A stretch of DNA of 64,000 nucleotides from Azolla caroliniana (Eukaryota; Plantae; Polypodiophyta). This document shows positions 48,316-62,411 of the stretch, piece after piece. A program made the position numbers and the translations under genes. The stretch is from positions 15,562,001 to 15,626,000 of the forward strand of contig JBHGNT010000015.1 of assembly GCA_043228905.1 (NCBI GenBank). Direction: 5' to 3'. How positions within the stretch are numbered: position 1 is the first letter of the stretch; the number at the start of each line of letters is the position of its first letter. The notes beneath the pieces are model-generated. The model did not search any database. It saw only the letters and a program-made list of their open reading frames with translations, and had not been told where the DNA came from.

Positions 48316-51300
48316 TGTTAGGAATATGTCCCTCCTATGGGAAGAGTCGACTGTTTGGCTGAGTAAGAGCCGACAGTTGAAGACAAGGAGGTGTGAGCAG
48401 GCAAGCACAAATCTTGCAAGTGAAGAGTGCACCTGGGTAATCGATTCAGGTGCATCTTTCCATATAACTCCGTCGAGAGAGTGTTTCTCGACTTACACAG
48501 CTGGTGATCATGGTTATGTAAAGATGGGAGATAATGTGGAATGCAAGATAGTTTGTGTCGGAAATGTATGCCTGACAATGCCGACCGGTTGTCGGCTGAT
48601 CCTGAAGGATATTCGACACGTGCCCGATATCAGGATGAACTTGATATTGACTAGAAGAATGGACGACGAAGGCTATAATGGTAGGTTTTGAAATGGCAAA
48701 TGGAAGTTTTGTCGAGGAAACCTCATAGTGGCCCGAGCATAAAAAGAGGGCACATTGTATATGATGCATGCCCGACTATGCAAGTCAAAAGCAAATGTGG
48801 CAGCCGACTCAAGTGGTGAGTTGTGGCATAAGAGACTAGGCCACATGAGTGAAAAAAGAATGCACATCCTAATCGACTAGGAACTTCTCCCAGAAGTGAA
48901 AGCACTTGGAGAAGTGTTTCGACTACTTAGTTGAGAAGTAGAACAAAGCTACAATCCACTTGAGACCACCAAGGAGAAGAGAAGCCTCACTAGAACTAGT
49001 GCACACCAATGTGTGCTATGTGGATTCTCCATCGCATCGTGGTGGACAGTACTTCTTGATGTTCATTGATGACTACAGTCGAAGTTGTGGGCTTTCGTAC
49101 TAAAGTCGAAGGACCAAGTACTATCGCTCTTTAAGGAGTTTCAGGCTAGAACGGAAAGAGAGTCGGGTCAGAAGGTGAAGGTTGTTTGAACTGACAATGG
49201 TGTTGAATACAGAGGGCGGTTCAAAGAATACTGCAAGGCCCAAGGTATTTGAATCGAATACTCAATGCCGAAGACCCCTGAGTTGAACGGGCAGGCAGAG
49301 AGGATGAATCAAATGATTCTGGAGAGAGTAAGGAGCATGTTGTCACATGCTAAGCTGCCGAAATTGTATTGGGTTGAGGCGATATACATGGTTGTTTATC
49401 TTATAAACATGTCTCCCTCAGTGCCATTGAAGGGTGATGTCCCACAGAGGGTGTGGACAGGAAAGGATGTCTCCTACCGACATTGAGGGTGTTCGGATGC
49501 TTAGTGTATATGCATGTGGCTAAGGATCAGAGGTCGAAGTTTGACAGTAAGTCGAAACCATGCATATTTCTCGGGTACTCGGAAAATGAGTTTGGGTACA
49601 GACTATGGGACTTAGTTGACAAGAAGGTAGTGAGGAGTCGGGATGTTGTCTTCTTGGAAGACAAGACAATAGAGGAATAGAAACAACTTCTCAATCGACT
49701 CCCACCGACTTAAGACTAGTTGAACCGACACAATCGGTTGTTCAAAGATAGCTAGTCGGCACAACCGAATCCGAGTTAGTCGACTCGGAGCAACCCGACC
49801 AATATATATGAGTTGGAGTCAGCAAACCTTCTGAAGTTGATCAAGGAATACGAGTCAGAGTCGGCAAACCTTGAGCGATTGATCGACATATATGAACCCG
49901 GGCCGAGAGAAGAGTCGGCAGAGACATCCGAACCAGAGCTGACAACGGATAGAAGGAGATACCCACTCAGAGAAAGGAGACCACCAACTACCTATGCCAA
50001 TCAATACATCCTCTTGGCTAATGAAGGTGAGCCTAAGGGCTATGATGAAGCCATTGCCAATGAGCACAAAGAGAAATGGTTGAGTGCAATGCAAGGCGAG
50101 ATGGACTCCTTGCATGAAAATTATACTTACAATCTGGCGGAGCTACCAAAAGGTAATAGAGCACTCAAAAACAAGTGGGTCTATAAGGTAAAGATTGGAG
50201 AAGTCGACAACGCACCTAGATATAAAGCCCGCATTGTGGTGAAGGGGTTTCAACAGAAAAAGGGTGTCGACTTTGATGAAATTTTCGCACCAGTTGTGAA
50301 GAGTGACATCCATCTGAATTGTTCCAAGCATAGCCATCAATATGGATCTAGAGATCGAATAGTTGGATGTCAAAACAATATTCTTGCACAAGGAGCTAGA
50401 TGAAGAAATCTACATGCAATAGCCCGAAGGCTTTGTGGAGAAAGGGAAAGAGAACCTAGTGTGTCGACTAAAGAAAACATTGTATGGTCAGAAACAAGCT
50501 CCACGCCAATGGTACAAGAAGTTCGAGTCCTTCATGCTCGAACATAGGTTCTAGAAAACACAAGTTGACTATTGTGTGTTGGTCAAAAGGTACGATGAAG
50601 GCGGCTTCTTAATTCTCTTATTATATGTGGATGACATGTTGATAGTCGGACAAGACACAAAAAGGATCATGAGCTTGAAGAGAGCATAAGGCAAGTCGTT
50701 TGCCATGAAAGATCTTGGACCGGCTAAATAGATCTTGGGGATGCACATAGTTCAAGATAGAACTAAGAAAGTGTTGTGGCTGTCACAAGAGAAGTATGTG
50801 ACAAAGATCTTAGCATGATTCAACATGTCAGAAGCAAAGCCAGTCGGCTCTGTATTGCCGACAAATTGCAAGATGAATGGTAAACAATGTCCGAAGAGCA
50901 AGAAGGACAAGGCCGAGATGAGGAAAGTACCATATGCATCGGTCGTCGGCAGTTTAATGTATGTTATGGTCTGTACAAGACTAGACATAGAATTTGTTGT
51001 GGGAGCAGTAAGCCGATACATGAGTAATCCAAGTAGTGAACACTAGGCAACTATCAAGTGGATGCTCAGGTACTTGAAAGGCACCTCGACGGTATGCCTA
51101 AGGTATGGTGTCGGAAAACCTATGCTTCAATGGTTTACCGACTCGGACATGTCAGGGGACGTTGACTCAAGTCGATCCACTTCTGGGTACGTGATGACCT
51201 ATGCAGGGGGAGCAGTGTCGTGACAGTCCAGACTGCATAAGTCTGTGGCCTTGTCGACCATAGAGGCAGAGTATATGGCAGCGGTAGAGGCCGGCAAAGA

Positions 51301-52201
51301 GCTTATATGGATGAGAAACTTTCTCGGTGAGTTGGGAATGAAGCAAGAGAGATTCCTACTCCATTGTGATAATTAGAGTGCATATCACTCCCAAACCAAG
51401 CATATATAGAGAAGGTATCACTAGTTGTGGGAGAAAGTGGATGTCGGGGAGTTTACCCTTGTGAAGATCCATACTAACGACAATGGATCTGACATGCTCA
51501 CGAAGAGCCTACCAATGGATAGACTCTAAGTCTACCAACAAAGGACAAGGCTAAGTGACTCCCTCCCTCATGAGTGAAGGGGGAGTTTGTTAGGAATATG
51601 TCCCTCTTGTGGGAGGAGCCGACTGTTCAACTTATTAAGAGCCAACAATCGAAGACAAGGAGAGTGGAAGGAGAGGGAGAGTCGACAACATTGTATATGT
51701 GATCCAAGTCGAAGACAGGACCGACTAGTCGAGCCGACGGAATAGTGGACATGGGAGTCGGCTAGTCAAATCGACTAGTCGACTAGTCGGTTTATTACTA
51801 TAATAATAGTTAATAATAACATTAGAGGCTACATTTGTAAATATCCCATATTGTGTATAAGTATAAATACACTTAGGGCAAACATAGGTTGTTGTAGAGA
51901 ACAATAACTATTATAACAGAGTAGTTGTTAGAGCGGAGAACAAAGTAGTCAAAGAGCGCGAGTGAGCAACGCCATAGTTGAAACAGACTAGACGCTAAGA
52001 GCCCTACGTGGCTGATACACTCTGATCAGAGAGTGTTGTATTTTGCTCTGACTTGTACAATTTTGATATAGTGAAATTTCTGTTGCCGTGGTTTTTCCCG
52101 TTTAGGGTTTTCCACATTAAACTCTGTGTATTTGTTGTTTTCTCGTTCTGTCTGTACATTTCCACATATCTTCCTCACAAATCTATGATCCCATCCCATC
52201 A
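48316..52201 (+). mobile_element. Ty1/copia element (Tork/Tnt1-like; Copia-C) with most of the 5' LTR, the PBS and gag deleted
   Basis: TSD GTTAT (48311-48315 and 52202-52206); 5' LTR stub 48316-48389; WVIDSGASFH, LWHKRLGH, ELNGQAERMN, YKARIVVKGF, LYVDDM, VPYASVVGSLMY; PPT GAAGGGGGAG at 51576-51585; 3' LTR 51588-52201. Confidence 0.93.
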
Positions 52202-54272
52202 GTTATCGTTTGAGGAAATTATATTTGACTTCTGGGTTGGTAAGGCATCATATTCGACTTTTGGGTTGGCTTCTCAAACCCTACATGATCTCAATTGAGA
52301 TCCCCATGTTGTATGTCTTTAAGTTTTCTATAGTCGTTTATAAATTTTCTAATTGTGAAGAAAAAAGTGGAGAGTATAATTTTTCCTTTATTCATTATAT
52401 GTGTTTTTGGACGAGTCTTGAACCCAACCCCTTTGTGTTGGCAATTTGATAAATTACTAATATTTCATTTTTGAAAAAGAAGAAGACAAATTCTAGTTTC
52501 TCATTTAGGTCTTTCCAATGTATGAATTGCATATAAGTTTTCATGTTTGCACAACTTCACTTTGTTATCTTTTCCGAATGAATGGTATTTCGACAACAAA
52601 AGCGTGAGAAGGCACATTTTATACTTAAATGTAAAATAATGCTCATTTGAAACTGAAAATTATCATTAGAGAAATATGAAGCGCAAGTGTGAGTGTCAAT
52701 GTATAACACTTGTTGTACACCCATGAGTTTCATTTTGAAAAGAAACTCACTATCTTGAGCTAGTTAATTGCACCTAGCTATGAAAAAGTATGCATCTTGA
52801 TCTTGGCAACAAGGACATGGACTCACACATCAAGACATTACGTTTCCAAGAATGTGGAGAGCTTCTTGCTAATGTTCAATAGAGAGGGTACATCTTGACA
52901 CTGATGATATGTTAGTTAATTCTCCAATTTGTTTATAAAATCGATTTCCAATGTGGGGGATTTCGTGTAGATGGTTTTGAATCACATATAACATATAACA
53001 ACATATAACAACATGTGTTATGTGGAGTTGTTTATTAGTGAGAATGTATTACGTAAACATATAACAACATAAACAATGTAACCATACTAACTTACCTCAT
53101 GTTTTTCATCATGATGTGGAACTTTCAACTTTAATATCAAAGTATCCAATATAAAGAGTGGGTACAATAACATGATAAGGACGTTTTTGGGCTCTTAGTA
53201 ATTCTCCAAGTTGTTTTTTTATAGTGCCCATTTGTCATGGGGAATCATCTACGTGGTTCCTAAATCATGTGCATATTAGTGATGACAAGGTCAATGAAAA
53301 GATAAAAACTCTAAGTAAATCATATGATACCACTTATATAAGAATCTTTCCATAGTGTAGATATCTCAATGTATCTGTCTATGTCACGTTATTATATAGA
53401 TTTGTTGTGTGGATCCAAGCAGATAGGTCTCAAAAGGATATTGCAAAACCTTGGTTGGATAACTAGTCAGAAGTAGGTAATATGCATTTGAAGGTTTGTT
53501 TTATGTATATAGACCTTATTTTAGCCACTCACCATTACATCGGTGTTAGAGGAGTTTATGGATACTAATAGGCCACATTTCCTTTTCATGCCCAAAATAA
53601 TAGGAAACATCAAAAACATTATCAAAACTTAATGGCAAATCTTTCTTTAATCTTTTATGAAAAATTATTTTCCAACTAAGAAGTTCAATAAAATTAATTA
53701 GACACCTTTTTCTAGAGCACCAGGTTTATTCGACGATTTGTGAGGTTTAATGAGTGTGTATTGGTAAGTACACCAGCTTAGGGGTAATAATGAAATAAAC
53801 TATTACATGCATGTTTGTTTGTTTGTGTGTGTGTGTGTGTCCCCCATCGATTGGACACCCCATGTGATCTTTCCATCACCTTTGAGGAGGGATGTACGAG
53901 TTGGACTCCTTTAAGGTAAGTGAATCCTTTCAAAGTCTCTACAACCAACATCCTACTCAAGCATTATATAAAGTGATATTAATCTACACATAACACACAC
54001 AATTTTGAGCTCTTTGATCATTACACTTCATCAATCACTTTAGTCTAGTGGATACTAATATGCTTATCACATAGGATCTTTATTGCACATATCTCCATAT
54101 ATAATCAGAGCCTTTAAGCCACTACTACTATGTCTCAAGTTTCTAGCTACTCAATTAGTGTGTGAACTATATATACTAGTTGTCCAAAGCTCTCTCTCTC
54201 ACTCACTCACTCACTCACACACACACACACATTCAATATTTATACCATTTAATATTCCCCTACGAGAATTCT

Positions 54273-54821
54273 ATGGGTATAATGATTGCCCATCCTTCTC
54301 CACTCGTTGTCATTGTCAACATTCTCCTAGTTGCTATCCAAGAGCTTTGTAGCTACATTGTGAGCTTTCTTGGGTTATACAACTCCAAAGAAGAAGTGTT
54401 ATATCAATATAATTATGTGGATCACATTAATACTTGTAATGTGAGTGTGCCTAACTTAAATCGATATGCTCATGAAATATCCAATCAAGACGACAATGAT
54501 GAGGAGGACATGATGATGATGTCACTAGGGACATCAACAAGATTATCAACATCATATATGACAATGACAAATGGGACAACAGATACAATTAACATGAGCA
54601 TTATAAGTGCGGGGGAGTGTTCAATATGTTTATGCGAGTTCGAGCTAGGGGAGAAGTTGGGAGTGGCACCCAATTGTGGCCATGTCTTCCATAGCCATTG
54701 CATCATCGAATGGTTAGACACTTTGGAATCTATGTTTATATACAACTCCAACATTAGTTGCAATGTTTTAAAAACTTGCCCTCTTTGTAGGGCATCCCTC
54801 CTAGTAATGCTAAAACATTAG
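54273..54821 (+). CDS. RING-H2 E3 ubiquitin ligase with an N-terminal hydrophobic segment (XERICO/RHA/ATL-like), 182 aa
   Basis: MGIMIAHPSPLVVIVNILLVAI...; CSIC-x15-CGHVFHSHC..EW...CPLC; TATA-like TATATAAA at 53965; intronless. Confidence 0.85.
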   Translation: MGIMIAHPSPLVVIVNILLVAIQELCSYIVSFLGLYNSKEEVLYQYNYVDHINTCNVSVPNLNRYAHEISNQDDNDEEDMMMMSLGTSTRLSTSYMTMTNGTTDTINMSIISAGECSICLCEFELGEKLGVAPNCGHVFHSHCIIEWLDTLESMFIYNSNISCNVLKTCPLCRASLLVMLKH

Positions 54822-57726
54822 TATCATCTATCTAAGAGCACAATTTAGGTTTATGGACCCATATATATATATACATACACTCTTCACATTGAGTTACAAC
54901 TTTATCTCATTATTTTATGTCACATGCACATAGTCATCAGCTCATGATGATGATGATGATGATAGCCAATTTAGTGTGAGTTAATGATAAAGAGTATCAT
55001 TAAAAATCATTAAAAAATCTCTCAAGGCAGACAGTATATCATAAATGCCACATCACCATGTCTAATTGATATTTTCTCTTCTGTACACGTGGAAGTTGCT
55101 TTAAAGCATTTGTAAGAGTATTCATTATTGTAGGCACTTATGTAAGTATGTGCAAACATGGGTTTTGACCATATATTTAGCGAAGAATTTGGTAGTTTAT
55201 TTGCGAACTAGCCAGCTTTGAAAATTATATTTCCATCATATGTTCCCAAGTTAGTGCCCATTATTATCACTTTCATTCATTAATTTATATTCCCACATTA
55301 GTATCCATCATCATCACCTTCATTAGTTACCTTTGTTAATTTAGACTCGACATCTCTTTTTGTATCTTATTTTGTAAAGAATAAAAACAAATAAATTTGA
55401 TTATTGTGGTGTTTTGTCCGTTTTTCTTGTTTAAGAGCTTATAACTTTGTGGCAAGTCTAGCTTCTTTTATTGGTTTATTTAAGTTTATTTTCTTTCACG
55501 TGTTTTTTTGTATTGAGGATGTTACCCTACTCATAATGTCATATTGTTTTATTACACAATTGTTTGTAATTCCCAACTATATTTACTAGACTTGCACCGT
55601 GCAATATTTAAGACCTTGTTGAGCAAATATAACCAATTCAAGAGGTTGTCATGCAATGATGTTGCATTATAAGTATGACCTTCAATTGCCATATGAGAGA
55701 GTTACTAGATGTGAATATTAGAGTCTATGTAAATTCTTTTTCTCATATCAAGAACCTTCCTAAGGACATCAATTTACTATATGAGTGTAGGAAGTGTAAG
55801 AGTTGAAGTTCATGTCATGACCTTTATGCAACTATGCCTATTAACTCTTAGAATTCTTGATCTAAAATGTGGTTAAGAAATATAGAGATGCATCCATCCT
55901 TTATCCACAATTCACACTATTGCTTCCATATGACTAGCTTGCATTCTCTTCGATGTGAGGTGCGGTGTTGGGGCACAATGTAAGGACGTGGTAAAGATAA
56001 AGGGAAAATGTGGACACTTAATGACTAAGGGGGGTTGAGATTCTTTGGATTGTCCTTCTTATAAGCTAGCCTAAGATATTTTATAGAAAATGACCAATTA
56101 AGCCACTATATTTGGCACTAAGGATTGAATCTATGTACTTTCTTCTTGTATCTTTGAATGTTGTGTTAAAATGCTTTGATATTGTTGCTTTTTGTTTTCT
56201 TTCATGTAGACATACTATAGGATATTTTCGGTCTTGGGTAATTAGGTTAAAGCTACACTTATTAGAACTCCAACAAGTAATATCAGGGTGACGAGTTTGC
56301 ATATAATAGGATAAGGAAAAAGAACAATCAAATACTTGACCATACTCACGAGGAAGTTGAGTAGCAATGCACACAAAAGAAGAAGGAAGAAAATAAAAGA
56401 TTAATTGGTCATTGAGAATGGGAAGAGATCAAGGAGGTATTGGGAGCTCAATCACTTGAAGTTAGCTACCATGTTGTCACAAACATCAACGAGTCATTCA
56501 TGGCACATAAGAATCTCTTGAGGGACTTCACAAGCTCAAGAAGAAGAGGCTTTGAGGGGCAAATGTTTGATGGCACAAACTTCACCCCTTCCATTGGGAT
56601 AAATCCAAGATTTTTTAATTAAAGGTGTGAATATACGTTGATTGACAAAGAAATCTAGGAGGATTTCAACTAATTGCCATTGTCAATGGTCCAACTTATC
56701 TCACAAATAACATTGACTTCTCAATAGTAAATTACATGATCAATTTATTGTACAACAATTGTTTGCTCAAAAAGAATATCCTTTCTTGTGAGAGTGTCAA
56801 TGACAAGAAGATCTTCAAATAACTCTTCATGAAGAGCCAATAAAAATTTTGCATCCCCAAAATAATGGTATACATCCTTAAATGAGAAAGATTCTTACCA
56901 ATGAACTTTTGTACTAACGTTCTCACACATCATGGAGATTCCTTGACACATGATATGATAGTCAAGAAACTCTACTTAAGCTAACACTTCAAGTAAGCAT
57001 AAAATCTATGTTCTTAGAACTTTTGAAGAAGCAAACATGTTGCTTATGCCCCTCTATAGTCTTCAAGGAATTCATAATAATATTCAAATAGATGATTCAA
57101 AAAGAGGCCAAAACACTTTCAAACTACATCATCAACCATATGTACAAATACACACTTACAAGTTAATATGTAAATATTTAATACACAAAGCACCAAAATA
57201 CATGTAACATTTTCACATCAACACACATACCACACTTATACCTATGCACATGAATATTAGAGCACATATACTAGTGTAACATGAATATATCTATACAAAC
57301 CCACTCAATGCACATACATTAGAATTTAGAATACATATACTAGTGCGACATAAATATACGTGTACAAACCCATGCACTACACATACTCACACTCCCAATT
57401 ACATCCACATACATAGCAACTACATAGTTACCCATACACATTTGTGACATACAAGTATACTTACACATACACATTCGCCCATACATCCACACACATTAGA
57501 TACATATTTACAAATACACAACAGGTACATTACAAATTACATATATCGCCATACACATACAAATTGACACTTTATAAACACACTTGCACATTCACACATA
57601 GTCACACACATACAAATTGACAACTGATATAAGCACACTTGCACATACGCTCATACTTACACACACACACACACACACACACACAAATTATACATTGTGA
57701 TGGCATGGTGTGTGCAAAGGGAGAAA

Positions 57727-58313
57727 TGTTAGGATCGGAACCGGCCACAACCGGTTTCTCGTACGTATGTTCGGGTGCAAAGAATTGACAATGACAGTAC
57801 GCAATGCAAACACAAAATCTAGAAAGTACATGAAACAAGACGACACTGAGATACCAGATGTTTTACGTGGAAAACCCAAAAGGGAAAAACCACGGGGTCT
57901 CGAACCCCAAGAAAACAAATCACTATGTACACAGAGAGGAGTACAGGGAGACTCAGAGGCAACAACCTTGAGCTCATTTTCGTCTAACAAACGGCAGTCG
58001 AGTTACTACTCTCACTCTCTCACACACACACAATTACAGAGGCAACTACACACTATAACTTCTTACAACTATATTGATTATCCTTCACTACTCACTAACT
58101 ACTTGCCCTAAGTGTATATATACTTATATACATAGCTGACTATTTACAAATATAGCCTCAATGGGCTCATCTAGACTATTTACAAATATAGTCTCTCAAA
58201 TTGGTTATATAATTGGTTTTCGGTTTTCGGTTTTGGGCCTCAGTCAAATTACCCACTTCATCTGATTCGGTTTGTTCTCTTCTTCCCATCCGGAGGGACT
58301 TGTTTTCCCAACA
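57727..58313 (-). mobile_element. Solo LTR (copia-type), 587 bp, related to 19714-20291
   Basis: TG...CA termini; TSD AGAAA/AGGAA (one mismatch); shared CGGCCACAACCG, GAGACTC.GAGGCAAC.ACCT.GAGCTC and TTTCCCAACA. Confidence 0.8.
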
Positions 58314-58846
58314 AGGAATGGGCGCTTTAAAGTCTAGACATACTACTAGGGAAAGTTTCGAGAATGTGGTGAAAGTTACCACGGAAAGGAGAGGAAGAAG
58401 AAGAAGAAGAAGAAAAGAATAATAATAATGGTTGTAATGAAGAATATGGGCTCTCAATTGGTAAGAAGGGACAACCAATGCTACCAAAAACGGTTTGGTT
58501 TAGTGTCATGCTAAGGCTGTCCAACTCTTCACATAATCATCGTTGCTTCGACAATTCTCCATCGTCGTCATTGTAGGGTTTGTATAAAATTCTCTCCCTA
58601 ACCTTGTGATTGGGAAATAAAAAGCATGATGCATGCTAGAATAAAAAAGTTGTCACTAGCTTTATTCAAGAGAGAGCCTCTTTCAAGGGGAGAAAAAGAG
58701 AGAGACACGGAAGCTCTACCAAATTGAGAAGCGACGAAGCTAGGGTAGTGAATCAAGAGGGTGTCACGTGTAAGACCAACATCACCAAGAGGCGACGTGG
58801 TCGTTGATTGCTAGAACATTGCATCGAGACTCAAGGATCTCCCCCT

Positions 58847-59129
58847 TAAGCTTCATTCATGAACAAATCTGTTCTATGTATTCTTTTCTTCTTCATCTTC
58901 TTCTTCTCCTCCTCAACATACTTATTTTCTTAGGGTTTAATTTTTTTCTACTTCATGAAATTTAGGGTTCTTAGGTTAAGCTTCATTCGTGAACAAATTT
59001 GTTATCTTTATCTTTTCTTGTTCATCTTCATCTTTTCTTATTCATCTTCATCTTCATCTTCTTCTCATCAACATACTTATTGTCTTAGGGTTTAATTTTC
59101 TTCTTCTTCGTGAAATTTAAGATTCTTAG
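58847..59129. repeat. Imperfect tandem duplication, about 130-150 bp x2
   Basis: TAAGCTTCATTC.TGAACAAAT...CAACATACTTATT.TCTTAGGGTTTAATTTT...TTCTTAG starts at 58847 and 58977. Confidence 0.85.
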
Positions 59130-59400
59130 TTCATGCTTAATTTCTGAAATTTACCACCATTGTAATCAAAATATTCCGAAATCTTGTAAACCCTACTTTA
59201 TACTTGGGGGAATTTCTTTCATAATCCAATGTTTTCAACCTTCCAACTACTCTACTAGGCTGCTTCCCACCCTGTTTCGCAGCTTGCTCCCCTTCGGCAG
59301 CACGGCACGGCATGCACGCACCTGTCTTCCCGCGTAATCTCAAGTTCTTTGGGTTAATTACATGTTAATCACGTGCATAATTCAGTGTTTGGATTGTTGT

Positions 59401-59730
59401 TACCTTCGACTCTGAGGAACGTTCAACTCTGCAAAGTCTTCGACGGAATTTGAGTCTATAAGCCTTTGACTCTCAAGAATCTTCACTCTGACTAATCTTC
59501 GACACTGGATTACATTAGATTCTAACTAATCTTTGACTTTGAATTACATTTGACTCTGACTTACCTTCAACTCTGACCTACCTTCGACTCTGAATTACCT
59601 TCGACTTTGCAAAGTGTTCAACTCTGAATTACCTTTGACTTTGTAGAGCCTTCAAGTCTAACTATCTTTCAACTCCTAGGAACTTTTGACTTCAACGAGC
59701 CTTCACATCTAACAATCTTTCGACTCCTAG
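59401..59730. repeat. Degenerate minisatellite, about 17-bp unit (CCTTCGACTCTGAATTA) x about 19
   Basis: Recurrent TT(C/T)(G/A)ACT(C/T)T core every 16-18 bp. Confidence 0.8.
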
Positions 59731-60099
59731 GCTCGTTGGGATATATTTTAATTCTTTTTCTTGCAATACCTCCTCCTTGGGATGTGGCCAATAATTCCTT
59801 AATTTTAGAGTGAGTGGCAATTTTAGAGTGAGTGGCAACCTGCAAAGTATGAGGATGAAGTGTATATTATTATGATTTTGTGTTTTTTAGGGTTGAACTA
59901 CCATCTTATCGGTAGCTACAATGCTTCCAAATGATGAGGTGTGGGGTTTGTTTCCCAATTTTCTTTCCAAATGTGTGATTTTGGTAATAAATAAAAAGCT
60001 TACAACATCATCATATAACGCGTCTTGATGGTGACATAGCACAGAGAAAAAGTTAATCGCACAAATGTAGGGTTTAGAACTCTGCAACCTCCGAGTTTA

Positions 60100-62010
60100 T
60101 TGCAAGACATAACACCATCACCACATATTGTTTCGAAATAGCTTCTAAATTGTTCCTTAATTCCGACTAGGAATCAACAATGGTTCGATTTAGGCTTCAT
60201 CCAAGCCCGTGCCAATTCCTAGTTCTGACGCGATTAGCTATTGCCCATAGATGGTTTCCCACAACGGATATAACCACCATCAAGAAACACATTGTTGGTG
60301 TTGGATTCAACCTCCATATCAGTTGGGTAAATTAGACCAAAATTTGGGTACAAGCTTATGTATTTCCATGTCACCTTACATGCCTCACTAGCTGCAACAT
60401 ACTCTGCATATGTAGTGGAGAGAGCAATACATTCTCGGAGGTGAGATCGAGCAAGATCCCATAAACTAAAAACAAACCCAAACATAGACACTTATCCCTA
60501 GTGCCACTCAATATCTCAATATCTTAACTACTTCCCAATGCTTCTTACTAGGATTTTATAAAAATCTGCCCACAACTCCCACTGCAAATGCAATACCTAG
60601 CCTAGTCACTATCATAGCATACATAAGGCTACCAACAATAGATTGATAAGGAATTTTGCTCGTGATGAACTCCTCATATACAAGTTTGGAACACTCACTC
60701 TTGTTCAATTAAATTCGGCATCTCCTCCTAAGGTGGAAGTAACATTTGCGTCTACCTTCGCTTCTTAGTCCTTCGATGATCTCTTGCACTGATTTTTTTG
60801 ACAATTCCAACACTCCTAGCTTTGGAAATTATTGGGATTCCTAGATTTGAACCTCCTATCCCTTTGTCTACCTATATAGTTTGATCTACCGTCTCCATTT
60901 CCTCTATTTAAATTTCCTCTTAATTGGGTGTAAGATGAAGATGTTGATGAATCACCCAACTCTCTCTATCAGATCTCTTCACTAAGAAGTAAAGCACGAA
61001 CATCATCAAATTTCAACTTCAAGTGTTTCCTCACAAGCTACTCGCAACTATGATAGTAGCATTCAAACTTTTTGGTAGAGAAAACAAAAGTATTTGTGCC
61101 CGTACTTCTTCAAAATTGATTACAATTGAACTCGACTAGGTTGCAAGTGTATTGAGTTCATATATATGTTGAGCTACCAATTTGCCTTACTTCCATCATC
61201 CTCAAATTGAATAACCACCTCAATCAAGGGAACTTTGTTAGAGGTTTGATGACTTCTAATGCATAATGGAGAGAACTTCCATAAGACTCATTGTGGTATT
61301 TTCCTTTGCAATGTTAGAAAGTGACATTGCAAGATAATGTCAATCGGATAACTCTAAGGGTTTGTCTATCAAGAATGATCCAATCTTCTTCTCTCATACC
61401 CTCTGGCTTCTTTGCTGATAGAGGTTGAGAAAGCTCTTTGTTTTCGCACATATAATCTTCGATTTGCATCTTCCATATTTCAAATTTCGCACCATCCAAA
61501 CTCCTCGAGTTTCACCTTTCCTTAGTCTACAGCCATTTCAGCCACTTGAATCTAACTCCCTCGCTTTGATACAAGTTGTTGTGGAATTTACATAAATTTT
61601 GATTGTAAACTAGATTAGTGAGAGAATGAAATAATTGTGGAAATGAAACACAAACAACTTCGATAACGAAGTTCCACGACCAATTGTACGTAGTGTCTCC
61701 GGACATGCTGTAGATTATGTTACTAAAAGGAGAAAATATATACAAAATAGTTTAGAACACTTACACCTCACAACCCTCACAATACTCTCTCACACTCTCT
61801 TAATTCTTTAATTATTTTTTGGGAGATACCTACATATGAAATCTTAGGGGTGTTACATATTGTGTGCCTCCTAATGGGAGAAGTCGGCGATCGAATTTTG
61901 GTTAGTCGATCGATTTGGGGGTTGCTTGAATTGAAGGTCATTGAGGGTCGACCAGCCGGATCGACCAAGTGGTTGACCTATGGGTCGGACAGTCGAACCG
62001 ACTAGTCAGC
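60100..62010 (-). mobile_element. Heavily deleted Ty1/copia remnant (LTR, PBS-like site, gag, RT/RNase H scraps)
   Basis: gag DGAKFEIWKMQIEDY...WIILDRQTLRVIRLTL (61314-61499); IALSTTYAEYVAASEACK (about 60375-60430); PBS-like TTGTATCAAAGCG at about 61562-61574. Boundaries approximate. Confidence 0.7.
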
Positions 62011-62411
62011 CAACCAATAAATATATGTGTGTATATATATATATATATGAGTTAGGGCAAGAGGATTATCACCTTATGTATGTGAGAGCAGAGTTGAAGT
62101 TAGCATGCAAGAGACAGAGAGCTGAGATAGCATGGACTGTGTGAGAGACAGTGTGCTGAGACAGAGTGAAGGAAGTGCTAAGGCAGCTCGATTGAAGAAG
62201 ACAGAGTGAAAATAGAGCAACACTAAGAATGTTGAGTGTTTAACAAAAATTGTGTGAGCAAGGTACAGAGAAGAGAGAAAGAAAGAAAGGGCAAACATTG
62301 TTTTGTGGAAATTTCCCAAACCCTAGAAGTGGTTTCGGACAACAATCTGTGGTACCATATACCCGAGCAGGCTCTGTTGTCCTATGCACCATTGTTCTAT
62401 TGTAAGCTTTG

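Noticed and set aside
55600-57100. Possible decayed transposase
   Set aside because: No recognisable catalytic motifs or terminal repeats.
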